DNA of 64,000 bases from a virus (IMGVR_UViG_3300028888_000073:1-64000); one strand, 5' to 3'. Counted from the stretch's first letter, positions 30,965-41,040 are shown. Numbers and translations: made by a program. The notes: a model not told the origin generated them from the sequence alone.

Positions 30965-31642
30965 TCAGAAAATCTCTTTTCTCTGTGACATATACACAGA
31001 CTGCGGAACACTGGTAGGATGTCTACGTGCAAGCCATTCAGTAGTGAACGCCCATTTTTGGTTTCTGCGAGAACCCTTTACAAGCTGTGAGAAGTATTCT
31101 CCAACATGTTTTTCGTCAAACTGAAGTTTATCTCCGGGAGAGAAATCAAAATCACCGTTCTTATCATAATACCCAAATTCAACATATTCCGGAAGATTGA
31201 TAAGCACAGAGTCCTGATTATATTTCTTGCACAAATCAATTGCAACATCAAAGAAATCAGCAACATCATAATCTTTAGGAAGCGGGACAAAGAAAGATTC
31301 CTCGGTAACTTCTTCCTTTTCACCATTATCTCTCGTTTCTACGTATCCGCCAAGTACACGGATATAACCAAGTCCTGCCTGTCTAAGATCATTTGCAAGT
31401 GTTTCGGTGTTTTTCTTATTCGTCTTTTCATCCTTATCCCCTCTGCAAGCAGAAATAAGGAAGCAACCATTCTTGATATGCTGATTTAGCCGACCAAAAT
31501 TACTTTCATTTACTGACCTTGTAATGTTATCCATGTAATTCTTAGCAAATGTTGAAACATCTCCGGAAATATATTCCCAATCCTTACCGCGATAATCGGT
31601 AACTACAAATGAATTTTCTACAGTTAGCTTAATCATAATCAC
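30965..31642 (-). CDS. Conserved-looking phage protein (DUF3293-like) with MIKLTVE N-terminus
   Basis: ISACR...N...L..DL...GLGY..V.GGY.E...EESFFV...KYNQDSVL. Confidence 0.55.
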   Translation of the reverse strand: MIMIKLTVENSFVVTDYRGKDWEYISGDVSTFAKNYMDNITRSVNESNFGRLNQHIKNGCFLISACRGDKDEKTNKKNTETLANDLRQAGLGYIRVLGGYVETRDNGEKEEVTEESFFVPLPKDYDVADFFDVAIDLCKKYNQDSVLINLPEYVEFGYYDKNGDFDFSPGDKLQFDEKHVGEYFSQLVKGSRRNQKWAFTTEWLARRHPTSVPQSVYMSQRKEIF

Positions 31643-31657
31643 TATCTCCTTTTAGAG

Positions 31658-32317
31658 TTATATCTTATTTCTATGTGCGTTTTTCCGTGCTTCAACTTCG
31701 TCTGGATGCTGTTTATTATAATCTGCAAATGATTTGTTGTATTTTTCAGATTCTCTTTCCCAATCATCTGTACGATACTGTTTTGGCACGTTCCCAAACA
31801 TTATTTTTTCATATGACTTACCGCCAATTTTTCTTGTATAGTGAAAACCATCATTGGAAATATTAATAATACGTTTGCCCATATCTCCTAGAATTTGTGC
31901 GGCTTTCTCCGCAGGTATTGGCGTGGCGTGAAGTTTGAATAGGTAAACTCCCTCCATTGAACCAGATATCTCAGCCCAAGCATCTCTTTCCAATCTGTTC
32001 ACATCCTCAGATGCTAAACTATAAAACGCTTTCTTTCCCTCATCTGTAGGTAAACATCCGCCTACAAATATCTTTCTTCCGCCGCTCTTTCGTTTGTATA
32101 ACTGAACCGCCAAAACCCTCTTATTCTTTGTCACAAGTTTCCAAATAAAGTCTGGATCAAGAAGTTCCTCTTTTTCGTCAATATTTGCAATTCCGCCAAT
32201 TGCGGCATATGCGTTTTGTAAAATATTCCAAACTTGATCTAAATATTCTTCCTTCTTTGTCATATCAGAATCACTATCAAATAGTGTAACGTAATGCTCC
32301 AAAAGCACATTTACCAC
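31658..32317 (-). CDS. Phage protein of unknown function with MVNVLLE N-terminus
   Basis: VWNILQNAYAAIGG, WAEISG, DGFHYTR motifs. Confidence 0.6.
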   Translation of the reverse strand: MVNVLLEHYVTLFDSDSDMTKKEEYLDQVWNILQNAYAAIGGIANIDEKEELLDPDFIWKLVTKNKRVLAVQLYKRKSGGRKIFVGGCLPTDEGKKAFYSLASEDVNRLERDAWAEISGSMEGVYLFKLHATPIPAEKAAQILGDMGKRIINISNDGFHYTRKIGGKSYEKIMFGNVPKQYRTDDWERESEKYNKSFADYNKQHPDEVEARKNAHRNKI

Positions 32318-32910
32318 TTCCTATTATTAAAATCATTTTCCGCTTTTCTGAAAATAGTTGTAAATGCCGTATCAAACACATCTCTAGTCATTCTGTGTCC
32401 AAATTCAGCAGTAATCATGTGAGATTTACGGTATGTAGTTTCAAAATCGGCGCTAAAGTTACAAACGTCATCATTCGTTCCGAAGATAGCATATGTTTCA
32501 CAAATCATCTCGTCATCAACATTCTTCATGTGTGTATCATAAATATCTTTCAGCTTATTAACAAAATCATCATTGATTTCGTATGTCTGAATTCCGTCAT
32601 CTCGCTTGCAAAAATACTCATGTGTACCATATCCGATTATCGTTGCCGTTTCATAAGCCTTAATTGCAGGATTAATCAGAATTTTCTGAACACCACTAAT
32701 TGTCATCGCATAAAATCCGCCAAGACTTGCTCCAATAATCATGTTAATATCAAATTTATCACATGCATCCTCAATAAACTTAATTGCTTCTTTCGGGTCA
32801 AACGGAATATCAAAGCTAAACACTTCATGGTTTTTGAAAGTTTCTCTAATCCAATTAACAGTGTTGCCATCTTTTCCACTTCCGATTCCATGAACATACA
32901 TAATTCTCAT
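32311..32910 (-). CDS. YqiA/YcfP-like alpha/beta-hydrolase (esterase)
   Basis: YVHGIGS, GASLGG nucleophile elbow, ILINPA, DD, GH; start at MRIMY after GAGGAGG. Confidence 0.85.
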   Translation of the reverse strand: MRIMYVHGIGSGKDGNTVNWIRETFKNHEVFSFDIPFDPKEAIKFIEDACDKFDINMIIGASLGGFYAMTISGVQKILINPAIKAYETATIIGYGTHEYFCKRDDGIQTYEINDDFVNKLKDIYDTHMKNVDDEMICETYAIFGTNDDVCNFSADFETTYRKSHMITAEFGHRMTRDVFDTAFTTIFRKAENDFNNRKW

Positions 32911-32942
32911 AATGTACCTCCTCGACAAGTATCATACCTCGA

Positions 32943-32981
32943 TTACAAATATAGTATAACATATTTTAAGTTACTTGTCAA
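32943..32981 (-). promoter_or_regulatory. sigmaA-type early promoter (repeated cassette)
   Basis: TTGACA-17 nt-TATACT; hairpin at 32992-33029 upstream. Confidence 0.85.
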
Positions 32982-33056
32982 GATATTTTCCATAAAAATC
33001 TCTAACAAACATTTGCTAGAGATTTTTATGATATTTGTGAATAATGCATAACATCT

Positions 33057-34673
33057 TTAATCCTGACCAAAGTCAGTATCAAGAATCCACTTAAATAGAT
33101 CATCCTTTGTTCTGAATGAGTCAATTGTAACTTTTCCTGCCCTTACAACATGATTAATTACTCTTGCGCCGTATTTTAGTGTTCTCAGTCCGCTCACAAC
33201 CTCAATTGAAGAACTTCTACCATTCATACGCATAAACAGTTCAAGACCATCTTCTGTCTGCGCAGGATACCATGTATCATACTGCTTGTCACTAAAGAAA
33301 TTCTCTAACGGCTGTCTAGTTGAGTTGTTATAATCATCTGTGACAGTAACTAGGTCAGCTTTAGTAAATCCTGCGTCATACCACTTCAAATCAAGTAATT
33401 TCTCCGCAGACATTTCTTTTAGTTCTCTGGTAGTATATGTATTTCTCCAATCATAATCAAGATAACTTTCACATAACTCTAGGGATTCAGACATCGGCGG
33501 ATCAAGATACCCACGCTTAACATTCACATCGGTTCCAGTATCATCTATCCAATTTCTTATAAATTCAAGTATTCTTACGTACTGATCCCATGTTCCAAAA
33601 AAGTATAATCTTGCAAAATTGTCCTGAACATCTAACTCATACTCGGCGCTATCATATCCGTAACTCTTTGCTAAATTATCATCATCAAACATAAAATCAC
33701 TATCATCTAAGTATTGTTGTAAATCTGATAATAATTGTTCATTTGGCGGGTATATTGTAATTCCATAATTATCTGCTCGACTATTGAATGATTCATCTTT
33801 CTTTAACTTCTTATTCAGCTTATCAATCATATTTCCTGCCCATTTAGATAGTTCTGGATCATCATTTTTATTCCATACTTGTAAATTGTTTAATGCCTTA
33901 GTAATCTTTCCAAGACCTTTTTTCTTTGCAAGTTTTTCAAAATGAGACATAGGAAGATCATTTACACTCTTACCTTCTGGAACTTCAAGAATTCCGGGAT
34001 TCTTAACTTCAATTTCAGTGTCACCCTCACAAACTATCTTTGAAGTGTATTTTGTTTTAGACTCTGTAATATATGATTTTATGTTTAATTCATCTAATGC
34101 GGCTTTAATCGGGTCTGTCGGAGTAAAAAACGGAAAATCAAATTCACTATTATGGTAGTCCTTTAGTTCATACCCGTCTGAACCATCGAAAATTCCACAA
34201 ATACTATATGTTCCATAAGGCTCATAATATTCCAGAGTTGCAACAAGATCATAACCGCCTTTTTGTACAACCCAATTACCTACCTTATATTTGTTACGAT
34301 CACCAGAAAAGAACTTCTTTACCACAGATTTAATCTTGGAGTATGCTGACCTGTCAATAATATAATCAGAATCATTAACAGACTCTACCTTTGTTTGCTT
34401 ATCAGCAACACTTAATTTGGTGTTCTCACTCATACTGTTTATATAATCCAATTCATCATCAATGGATTCGTCTAGTTCATAATCTTCTTCATCTTCATAG
34501 CGTTCTGAAATTCCGTCTAAAACGGCATCAATAAAATCATCACTATGTCCTAATTTTTTAAGTTGTGTTGAAATAGAATTAAATGTTAAACTGTCATACT
34601 TCCATCTACTGTAGAAATAATTTACAGCTTTTTCAATATTATCAAAATTGCTCTTCTCTATCAGCTTAATCAT
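33057..34673 (-). CDS. Multi-domain putative internal-head polyprotein (MIKLIE N-terminus)
   Basis: Start corrected to MIKLIE (GGGAG RBS); segments separated by xES junctions. Confidence 0.6.
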   Translation of the reverse strand: MIKLIEKSNFDNIEKAVNYFYSRWKYDSLTFNSISTQLKKLGHSDDFIDAVLDGISERYEDEEDYELDESIDDELDYINSMSENTKLSVADKQTKVESVNDSDYIIDRSAYSKIKSVVKKFFSGDRNKYKVGNWVVQKGGYDLVATLEYYEPYGTYSICGIFDGSDGYELKDYHNSEFDFPFFTPTDPIKAALDELNIKSYITESKTKYTSKIVCEGDTEIEVKNPGILEVPEGKSVNDLPMSHFEKLAKKKGLGKITKALNNLQVWNKNDDPELSKWAGNMIDKLNKKLKKDESFNSRADNYGITIYPPNEQLLSDLQQYLDDSDFMFDDDNLAKSYGYDSAEYELDVQDNFARLYFFGTWDQYVRILEFIRNWIDDTGTDVNVKRGYLDPPMSESLELCESYLDYDWRNTYTTRELKEMSAEKLLDLKWYDAGFTKADLVTVTDDYNNSTRQPLENFFSDKQYDTWYPAQTEDGLELFMRMNGRSSSIEVVSGLRTLKYGARVINHVVRAGKVTIDSFRTKDDLFKWILDTDFGQD

Positions 34674-34846
34674 ACAAACACTCCCATAGTACAAATTATC
34701 AATATCTTCTATATTTGTCCATATAAAAAGGACTCGGTAGTTTTACGTGATCCATACCATAACCGGATACTACAAAATAGAAAATCAACTATTCTGTTTT
34801 GTAGTATTACTTAGCGTCACACTTATATATCATGTGTAACTAGCAG

Positions 34847-35290
34847 TCAGTATTTCATCCAATACTGCTGTTTACCATCGCCGTAAAAATCTCCAGTTTC
34901 GTAAACTTCAAAACCATAGTTTTTATACATATTTACAGCGCGTGTGTTGTCAACGTCTACAGTTAGATCACGCCCGCCAAACTTACGAACACAATCATCT
35001 AGCAATATTTTGCCGAAACCCATACCACGATATTCCGGCTGAACCTGAACATTAAATATAAATCCTTTATTTTCACCAGAATGATAAACAAATGCATGAC
35101 CTATCTGATCATCTGTTTCGGGATCAACAAGAACCTCTCCAACTGTCTCACGATTTAATTGTTTATAATACTTACGACATTCATTATCAGTTTTTAGGTA
35201 TTCTGTTGCTTCCTTAGATGGGACAAAATATCTAATAAAATCACGATTATTGCTATTTCTGATATCAGATTCATTGATCATAAGTTTCAC
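34847..35290 (-). CDS. GNAT acetyltransferase with (M)KLMINE N-terminus
   Basis: VQPEYRGMGFGKILL, LTVDVDNTRAVNMYKNYGF; GTG start after GAGG. Confidence 0.88.
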   Translation of the reverse strand: MKLMINESDIRNSNNRDFIRYFVPSKEATEYLKTDNECRKYYKQLNRETVGEVLVDPETDDQIGHAFVYHSGENKGFIFNVQVQPEYRGMGFGKILLDDCVRKFGGRDLTVDVDNTRAVNMYKNYGFEVYETGDFYGDGKQQYWMKY

Positions 35291-35367
35291 AATAACACAC
35301 CTCAATCTATAACAAAACACATGCACCTAATGTCTATGCATTAAGTGCATGTGTTTAATGCATTTAA

Positions 35368-35676
35368 TTATCTTCTTCTAAATTTTCTATTTCTTCTGAC
35401 AGATTCGGTGCGACCATTAGAACGTCTACGTCTTCTGTCTACAGATTCATCAAATTCATCTTCAGTGTCTCTGTTTTCCCATTCATCAAATTCATTCATT
35501 CTGAAGATAAAAGCTAGGCATTTTGCAAGTTCTTCATCGCCAAGACATCTAACAATTTGAGAATCAAGTTCTTCCTTACCAAAGTAGTCACATGCAAAAT
35601 CATATGCTTCTCTAGCTTCCCAATCGTTTACTACCCAACCATAACTTTCAGCTTCGTTAAATTCTCTCTTTACCAT
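35368..35676 (-). CDS. Small acidic protein with an Arg-rich C-terminus (MVKREFNE)
   Basis: Ends DEFDESVDRRRRRSNGRTESVRRNRKFRRR. Confidence 0.65.
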   Translation of the reverse strand: MVKREFNEAESYGWVVNDWEAREAYDFACDYFGKEELDSQIVRCLGDEELAKCLAFIFRMNEFDEWENRDTEDEFDESVDRRRRRSNGRTESVRRNRKFRRR

Positions 35677-35803
35677 AATTAATTCACCTCAAAATAAATT
35701 TATAATTTACATAAATTTCGCATATAATCACTATCATTATAGTGATCTGATATATTATAATGTTAGTTATTCCATATGTTTAATGAAATATGTGTAAATA
35801 TTA

Positions 35804-36859
35804 TTAAAGACCTAATTCTTCAAGCGTCTTATTTCCACCCTGTCTTTCAGGCACATCACCGCCAAGAATCTCAGCGACTTCAAAATCATCAAGCAATCTA
35901 TCGACTTTTATATGTCCAGTAATGACCCACGGAACAGTATCAGGTCTTGGATTTGTGCGATACTTATAATAACCTCTTGTCGGAAGTTTCGGAAGTCCTG
36001 CAAGTGAGTGCTGATATTTATCAGAACGGTACGTTGTTCCATCTGCTCTAGTTCTCATATATCCCTGATCATCTGCTTCTGACTGATAATCAATATCCAT
36101 TACGTAATCACACAGTCCCCAAACAAAGTCATACGGAAAATAAACCTCTCCGGTATTAGCAAGAACTTTGTAGTATGTATCTTCGTCCTGTACGTAAAAC
36201 ACCTTATCATTATTTGCTTGTTTAGCATAATTACTAATAAATGTTTTCATTGTTTTTACTGATTTTGCATCTTCCGTTGGCTCAGTTGAAACCCAAGTAA
36301 CCGATCTATCAAACTGTGGCGCTCTTGGTAGATCGCCTAAATGAAAACCCGGTCGATACGAAAGTTGAGAAGACCCTATACTTTTCACCTGCGGTCTACC
36401 AGTCTTAGAAAGTCCTGCAAATTCTCCCTCTTCTGCGTCAAGCCAAACACCAATAGGAGTATCTTCTCCACCTGCGTTTGCAACCATTGGTGGATACAGC
36501 TTACCATTCTTTACACGGAACACTTTGTACGCTTTGCCAGTTTTAGATTCAGAAAAGTCCATTTCAGAAATTTTTTCGTTAATACGTAGCTTGATCGGTG
36601 TTCTAACACGTTCAAACATATCATAATCAATTACCGCAGAACATTTGTTTTGAATATGCTTTGCAATGGCGTAAACTGTTTTAGATTCACTTCCTGATCC
36701 TGTAATATCAAACTCGCGCTCAATGTCCTCACACAACTCTTCAAGTGTCGGAATAAAACCTCTTACGGCGTGATAAGAAACCTGCTCATCAATATAATTA
36801 TTTATATCTGTAGAATGAGCAATAATATAATCATGCTTATATTGTCCAAGTCTATCCAT
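35804..36859 (-). CDS. Two-part protein; C-terminal polyvalent-protein-like domain preceded by an internal KLRINE
   Basis: KAYKVF...GKLYPPMVAN...TPIGVWLDA...YRPGFHLG; internal KLRINE at 36575-36592. Confidence 0.55.
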   Translation of the reverse strand: MDRLGQYKHDYIIAHSTDINNYIDEQVSYHAVRGFIPTLEELCEDIEREFDITGSGSESKTVYAIAKHIQNKCSAVIDYDMFERVRTPIKLRINEKISEMDFSESKTGKAYKVFRVKNGKLYPPMVANAGGEDTPIGVWLDAEEGEFAGLSKTGRPQVKSIGSSQLSYRPGFHLGDLPRAPQFDRSVTWVSTEPTEDAKSVKTMKTFISNYAKQANNDKVFYVQDEDTYYKVLANTGEVYFPYDFVWGLCDYVMDIDYQSEADDQGYMRTRADGTTYRSDKYQHSLAGLPKLPTRGYYKYRTNPRPDTVPWVITGHIKVDRLLDDFEVAEILGGDVPERQGGNKTLEELGL

Positions 36860-36874
36860 TCTATAAAAACTCCT

Positions 36875-37726
36875 TTACGCATATTCTTCATTATCTACAT
36901 AGTCAAGATTTCTTGCATACTTCTTGTCATATTTAATCTCAGTATCCTCAGATCCACATTCAGGACAGTACGCATACCCCTGTAATAGATCATCAAATAA
37001 TCTGCTACTTCTTCTGCTATGAATCGGATCAAACTTTTCAACATATCCACAATCATTACATTTGAAATAGTTTCCGGTTGCTTGTGCTATTGCGGCTTCA
37101 TCATCATGCATAATATAAGGCTCATACGTTTCTCCATCACTAGACAGCTTGTATGAATCAATGTCGCCGCCGCAAATACCGCATTTGTATAACGATGGAT
37201 CGGCTATCTTTTTACAGAACTTTGCAAATGATGCAACATTCTTATCACACTTCGGGCAATATAAAACATATGGTTTCTTTGCAAGTAAACTTCTGAACAG
37301 TTTCGACTCACCATCATCAGCATGTGTATCAATAACTACACCTAAAACGTCACCGATGATTTTTCCCCACTTGTGGAACTCTCTGCCATGATTGAAACAT
37401 CCGTTTATTGTGTGACAAAATTCATGTGCCAACACAGAAAGAACTATTTTATCATCTCTGTCTTCAATCTTAGATAGATTTGGATTTAGTGATATTGTAT
37501 AATCATATACATCGCCATCCGATCCTGTATAGTCATACTTCCTAGAACAACGCCCTAACACCTTTCTATTACTCATTCTTATGTCATTTCCAAGTGTTTT
37601 GCGAATGTGATCAAAAGGAATCGGAATTTCTGGATGTTGTTCTAACTGATCCCACGCAAATTCAAATACAAATTGCATATCATCCTTTGTGTATTCTTCC
37701 AGTATCATTAACATATCACCACTCAA
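36875..37726 (-). CDS. SprT-like zinc metalloprotease with zinc ribbons
   Basis: LGRC, HEFCH, HGREF; CPKC, CGIC, CNDC, CPEC. Confidence 0.85.
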   Translation of the reverse strand: MSGDMLMILEEYTKDDMQFVFEFAWDQLEQHPEIPIPFDHIRKTLGNDIRMSNRKVLGRCSRKYDYTGSDGDVYDYTISLNPNLSKIEDRDDKIVLSVLAHEFCHTINGCFNHGREFHKWGKIIGDVLGVVIDTHADDGESKLFRSLLAKKPYVLYCPKCDKNVASFAKFCKKIADPSLYKCGICGGDIDSYKLSSDGETYEPYIMHDDEAAIAQATGNYFKCNDCGYVEKFDPIHSRRSSRLFDDLLQGYAYCPECGSEDTEIKYDKKYARNLDYVDNEEYA

Positions 37727-37908
37727 TCACCTGAACCATCTGAAAAGTAAATGAAATCATCATCGTCATCATCTTCACAGTCATCATACACAGGTTCTTT
37801 TGTAAAATCATCTACTACATCATGATATTTATTATACCAATAACAATTTATACCACAATGCTCACAGATAACAGATGATGTTTCTTCACCACAATGTTTA
37901 CAAATCAT
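37723..37908 (-). CDS. Small zinc-ribbon protein
   Basis: CKHCG...CEHCG; acidic tail. Confidence 0.6.
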   Translation of the reverse strand: MICKHCGEETSSVICEHCGINCYWYNKYHDVVDDFTKEPVYDDCEDDDDDDFIYFSDGSGD

Positions 37909-37926
37909 TATGAATCATCGTCCTCA

Positions 37927-38529
37927 TTAAACATAATCTGTTCCTACACGATCAATCCACTCTGTAATATATCCAAATAGATCATCAAGATATGTAGCAG
38001 ATGCATCATCGTACTCTCCATCGTAGTCAAACGTGGCTGTCCACGCATCGTGAATATTTGTATTTGAATGTTCAAGCATTATAGTTGTCAGTTCCTTGTG
38101 TTCATAAGAAGAATATAGAATTACTTCAAATGAATCATAATGACCTCCAGCCATATGAGTACCTTTAACATCAATTGTGTATCCGTTATCATCGACATAT
38201 TCTTGAAGCCTATCTGTAAATTCCTGAAAATCAAGAATTGCAGAAGAACTAGCCTGAGATTCAGCAAATAATTCATTTTTTACGTTTGAGAACTTCAAAG
38301 ATTCACTTACTTCTCCATTATCAGTGCCAAAAGTCTTTACATAAGTATAACATGAAACGGATGGATTCTTTCCAGATTTTATGGCATTTTTAATATACTG
38401 CTTGGCTCCAATTTCAATAACAGCTTGGTTGACACCAAAATCTACTATTTTATTATCGCTATCATCTACAAGTATATATCGTTTAACTTCTTTTTCATTA
38501 TTAGATTTTTCATTAATGTTCAATTTCAT
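37927..38529 (-). CDS. Protein with MKLNINE N-terminus
   Basis: Shared motif; internal FAES junction. Confidence 0.65.
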   Translation of the reverse strand: MKLNINEKSNNEKEVKRYILVDDSDNKIVDFGVNQAVIEIGAKQYIKNAIKSGKNPSVSCYTYVKTFGTDNGEVSESLKFSNVKNELFAESQASSSAILDFQEFTDRLQEYVDDNGYTIDVKGTHMAGGHYDSFEVILYSSYEHKELTTIMLEHSNTNIHDAWTATFDYDGEYDDASATYLDDLFGYITEWIDRVGTDYV

Positions 38530-38705
38530 TAGTAATCACCTTCCATAGATTTTTCAAATCTGTTTTTATATTCCAGACATTCAATATATGTTTCAAGTGC
38601 AACTTGCTTTGCTTCCTGAACAGTATATGCAGAAGTTGTGACAATTATAATGCGCACAAATCATTGTAAGTCACTCTTTTCCGAAAAAGTTGCACAAATA
38701 ATCAC
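38529..38705 (-). pseudogene. HicB-like remnant with an in-frame TGA
   Basis: GTG overlaps the upstream stop: VIICATFSEKSDLQ*FVRIIIVTTSAYTVQEAKQVALETYIECLE...; its stop overlaps the next ATG. Confidence 0.35.
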
Positions 38706-39322
38706 CAATTTCTTGAAATTAGTCTGTGTTCAGAAGCATAATCATATATCATATCAAAAATGTCTTTTGATGTATTAATTACCATTTTTCCAAAGTCCTT
38801 ATTTACTTTTTTCCAACGACAATCGTAAATTTCATCTCCAAAATAAGCGGCATAATTTGATATTGCATAAGAATCTTCCTTAGTAACATACGGGATTTCT
38901 CGTTCTTCAATATCTTCACTATCAGAATAATAGGACTCAGTAAATGATTTTCCAACCTCTCTATCGAGAAATTTCTTAAAAGAATGTTTCCATGTTTTTC
39001 CATATCCCCCGCTGAAAAATTCTTTTCCGTAGTATGTTCCGCGATTACCATTAAATCTGTCATAAACAGTAAATTCTGCGGAAACTCTTGTATCTCTGTC
39101 TGCTTTAGGATCAATATAAATTGTATATGTCCACAATTCATAATTGTTTCCATCGCCAACCATAACACCACCATTTGTTACTCTAGCACTAAGTTTGTCA
39201 GCATTGCTAGCATCAGCAACAATATGTCTAATTGCTTCTTTTTGATCTAAATATGCACCACCAGATTTCTTATTATATCTATCAATAACATCTGATTCAT
39301 AAATCAACTTCATTATATTCAC
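38702..39322 (-). CDS. Protein with MKLIYE N-terminus
   Basis: Shared motif; internal FTES junction. Confidence 0.65.
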   Translation of the reverse strand: MNIMKLIYESDVIDRYNKKSGGAYLDQKEAIRHIVADASNADKLSARVTNGGVMVGDGNNYELWTYTIYIDPKADRDTRVSAEFTVYDRFNGNRGTYYGKEFFSGGYGKTWKHSFKKFLDREVGKSFTESYYSDSEDIEEREIPYVTKEDSYAISNYAAYFGDEIYDCRWKKVNKDFGKMVINTSKDIFDMIYDYASEHRLISRNW

Positions 39323-39326
39323 TCCT

Positions 39327-39761
39327 TTATTTTCTACAATTATGACAAGTATAATGATCTATTCCGGCACGTTCTCCAAGCATAGTCCAAGTTATGTGAG
39401 GAATAGTCGGAAGATCAAGATTATAGTAATCTACTATCTTTTGCTTACATTCTTTATTGTTTATACACTTATCTAAAAATACTATGCATGTATACTCTTC
39501 AAACTTTCCATCAAAATCATATTCAGGGTCAATCATTATCCGACCTCTAGGAAAATAATCCCATGACATGCGCTTGTCGCCAACTGTATAATCATCAGAA
39601 AACGTATTCCAAGTATTCTTATGTGTTTTACCGTTCAAGTCATATCCATAATTATATTGCGGAACTTCTGACGTAATCCCTACGACATCACCGTCAATTA
39701 TCCAGAAAAATCCCTCATAAGGATAATTTCTATTTTCGGTAAGTTTCATTACATTAGTCAC
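39327..39761 (-). CDS. Protein with MKLTE N-terminus and a HYTCHNC C-terminus
   Basis: GFFW, HKNTW, YFPRGR, HYxC motifs. Confidence 0.6.
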   Translation of the reverse strand: MTNVMKLTENRNYPYEGFFWIIDGDVVGITSEVPQYNYGYDLNGKTHKNTWNTFSDDYTVGDKRMSWDYFPRGRIMIDPEYDFDGKFEEYTCIVFLDKCINNKECKQKIVDYYNLDLPTIPHITWTMLGERAGIDHYTCHNCRK

Positions 39762-40674
39762 CCTCTACAACTGAACTCTTTTTCAGCTTATGGAACAGAC
39801 CGTTAAATCTATCGTTATAGCAGTCAATATAGAAATCTTCATATCCATCAAATAGGTGTAAACGCTTTCTCTTATCATGGTATCCGCTAATGTCATCATC
39901 TCTGTCATACTCAATCTCAACTACCTTATATGGAATGTATCCTTTATTTCCACCATTCGGAAGATGTCCGAACTGGAAATCTCTTATAATATAGTCACCT
40001 TTTTTTAGCGTAAGCGGATCACAGTTATAGTCATCAATATGATCTTCAACCTGACAGAAGAGTGTGTATGGTTGACCTAGTTTCAAATGGTCTAAATGTT
40101 CACAAATCGGTGTACGCTTTCTACGAACACTAGCAGACATGATACTCTCTGTGTATCCCTGTGCGCCGCATTGTGTGATTCTTGATATGAAATACTTCAT
40201 CTGAGATGTGAAGAATCTTGTCCACTCATCTAGTGTAGATTGAATGTCGGAAGAAAAGTTATTGTAAATAGATGAAATATATTCAATTACAGTATTTACT
40301 ACAAGAGATATTGCCTGTACGCCTGTTTCAAGTGTAAACGAACCGCCGCCAATATCAACTGTCCATAGATCACCGACAATATCACTTGCATTGTTAATGT
40401 TGCGAATATATGAACCATCTTCACAATACATCTCAAACGCCGCATCTGCACAATCCCACAGCTTATAATAAATCTCATACGCCTTTTCATGAAGTTCCTT
40501 GAAGTTTTCGCCGCAAGCGTTAATGTGAATTGTGTGAACATCATTAGACGCAAGTGTTAGAATATATCCAAGTGTTTCAAGTGAATTATTGCTCTGCTCT
40601 GAATCAACACCTACCACAGTATCAGGAATCGGAGCGAATTCAGAATTATAGTCCTCATTTCTAATCTCGATCAT
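39754..40674 (-). CDS. Dps/ferritin-like protein fused to an unrelated C-terminal domain (MIEIRNE)
   Basis: HTIHINACGENFKELHEKAYEIY...D...E matches the Dps helix pattern. Confidence 0.6.
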   Translation of the reverse strand: MIEIRNEDYNSEFAPIPDTVVGVDSEQSNNSLETLGYILTLASNDVHTIHINACGENFKELHEKAYEIYYKLWDCADAAFEMYCEDGSYIRNINNASDIVGDLWTVDIGGGSFTLETGVQAISLVVNTVIEYISSIYNNFSSDIQSTLDEWTRFFTSQMKYFISRITQCGAQGYTESIMSASVRRKRTPICEHLDHLKLGQPYTLFCQVEDHIDDYNCDPLTLKKGDYIIRDFQFGHLPNGGNKGYIPYKVVEIEYDRDDDISGYHDKRKRLHLFDGYEDFYIDCYNDRFNGLFHKLKKSSVVEGD

Positions 40675-40680
40675 AGCACA

Positions 40681-41040
40681 TTATCCCACCTTGTTCTTTA
40701 TATCTTTTACAATTAAAATTGCTGTTTGAATATCAACTGATATTGAATCAGCACGTTTCGTATTTCGTGTACAATCAATACGCACATCACGCTTACCGTC
40801 ATTCAGAACCTCTATATACATTCTTGTCATGCGATCTCTTGTATACCTAACACGAATGTTAACATCATCTGATACAATTATTCTAAAGTTTCCGTCATTG
40901 TTGTCAATATATCTTACGCCCATATTATCTGCAACGGATATTAGCTTATCCTTTAGAGATTCACCTTTATCTGAATCCGCGTTCATATCGAATTCAAAAT
41001 CATCCGCATCTTCATAAATACGTTTATATCTCGGATACAC
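40681..41040 (-). CDS. Protein with KRIYE N-terminal motif
   Basis: Shared motif followed by an acidic stretch. Confidence 0.6.
   Translation of the reverse strand: MYPRYKRIYEDADDFEFDMNADSDKGESLKDKLISVADNMGVRYIDNNDGNFRIIVSDDVNIRVRYTRDRMTRMYIEVLNDGKRDVRIDCTRNTKRADSISVDIQTAILIVKDIKNKVG

Noticed and set aside
32395-33051. 218-aa + strand ORF
   Set aside because: Antisense to the esterase and runs across a promoter and terminator.
34695-34845. Possible riboswitch/ncRNA in the intergenic gap
   Set aside because: Has hairpins (TACAAAATAGAA...TTCTGTTTTGTA) but no recognisable aptamer consensus; a terminator explains it.
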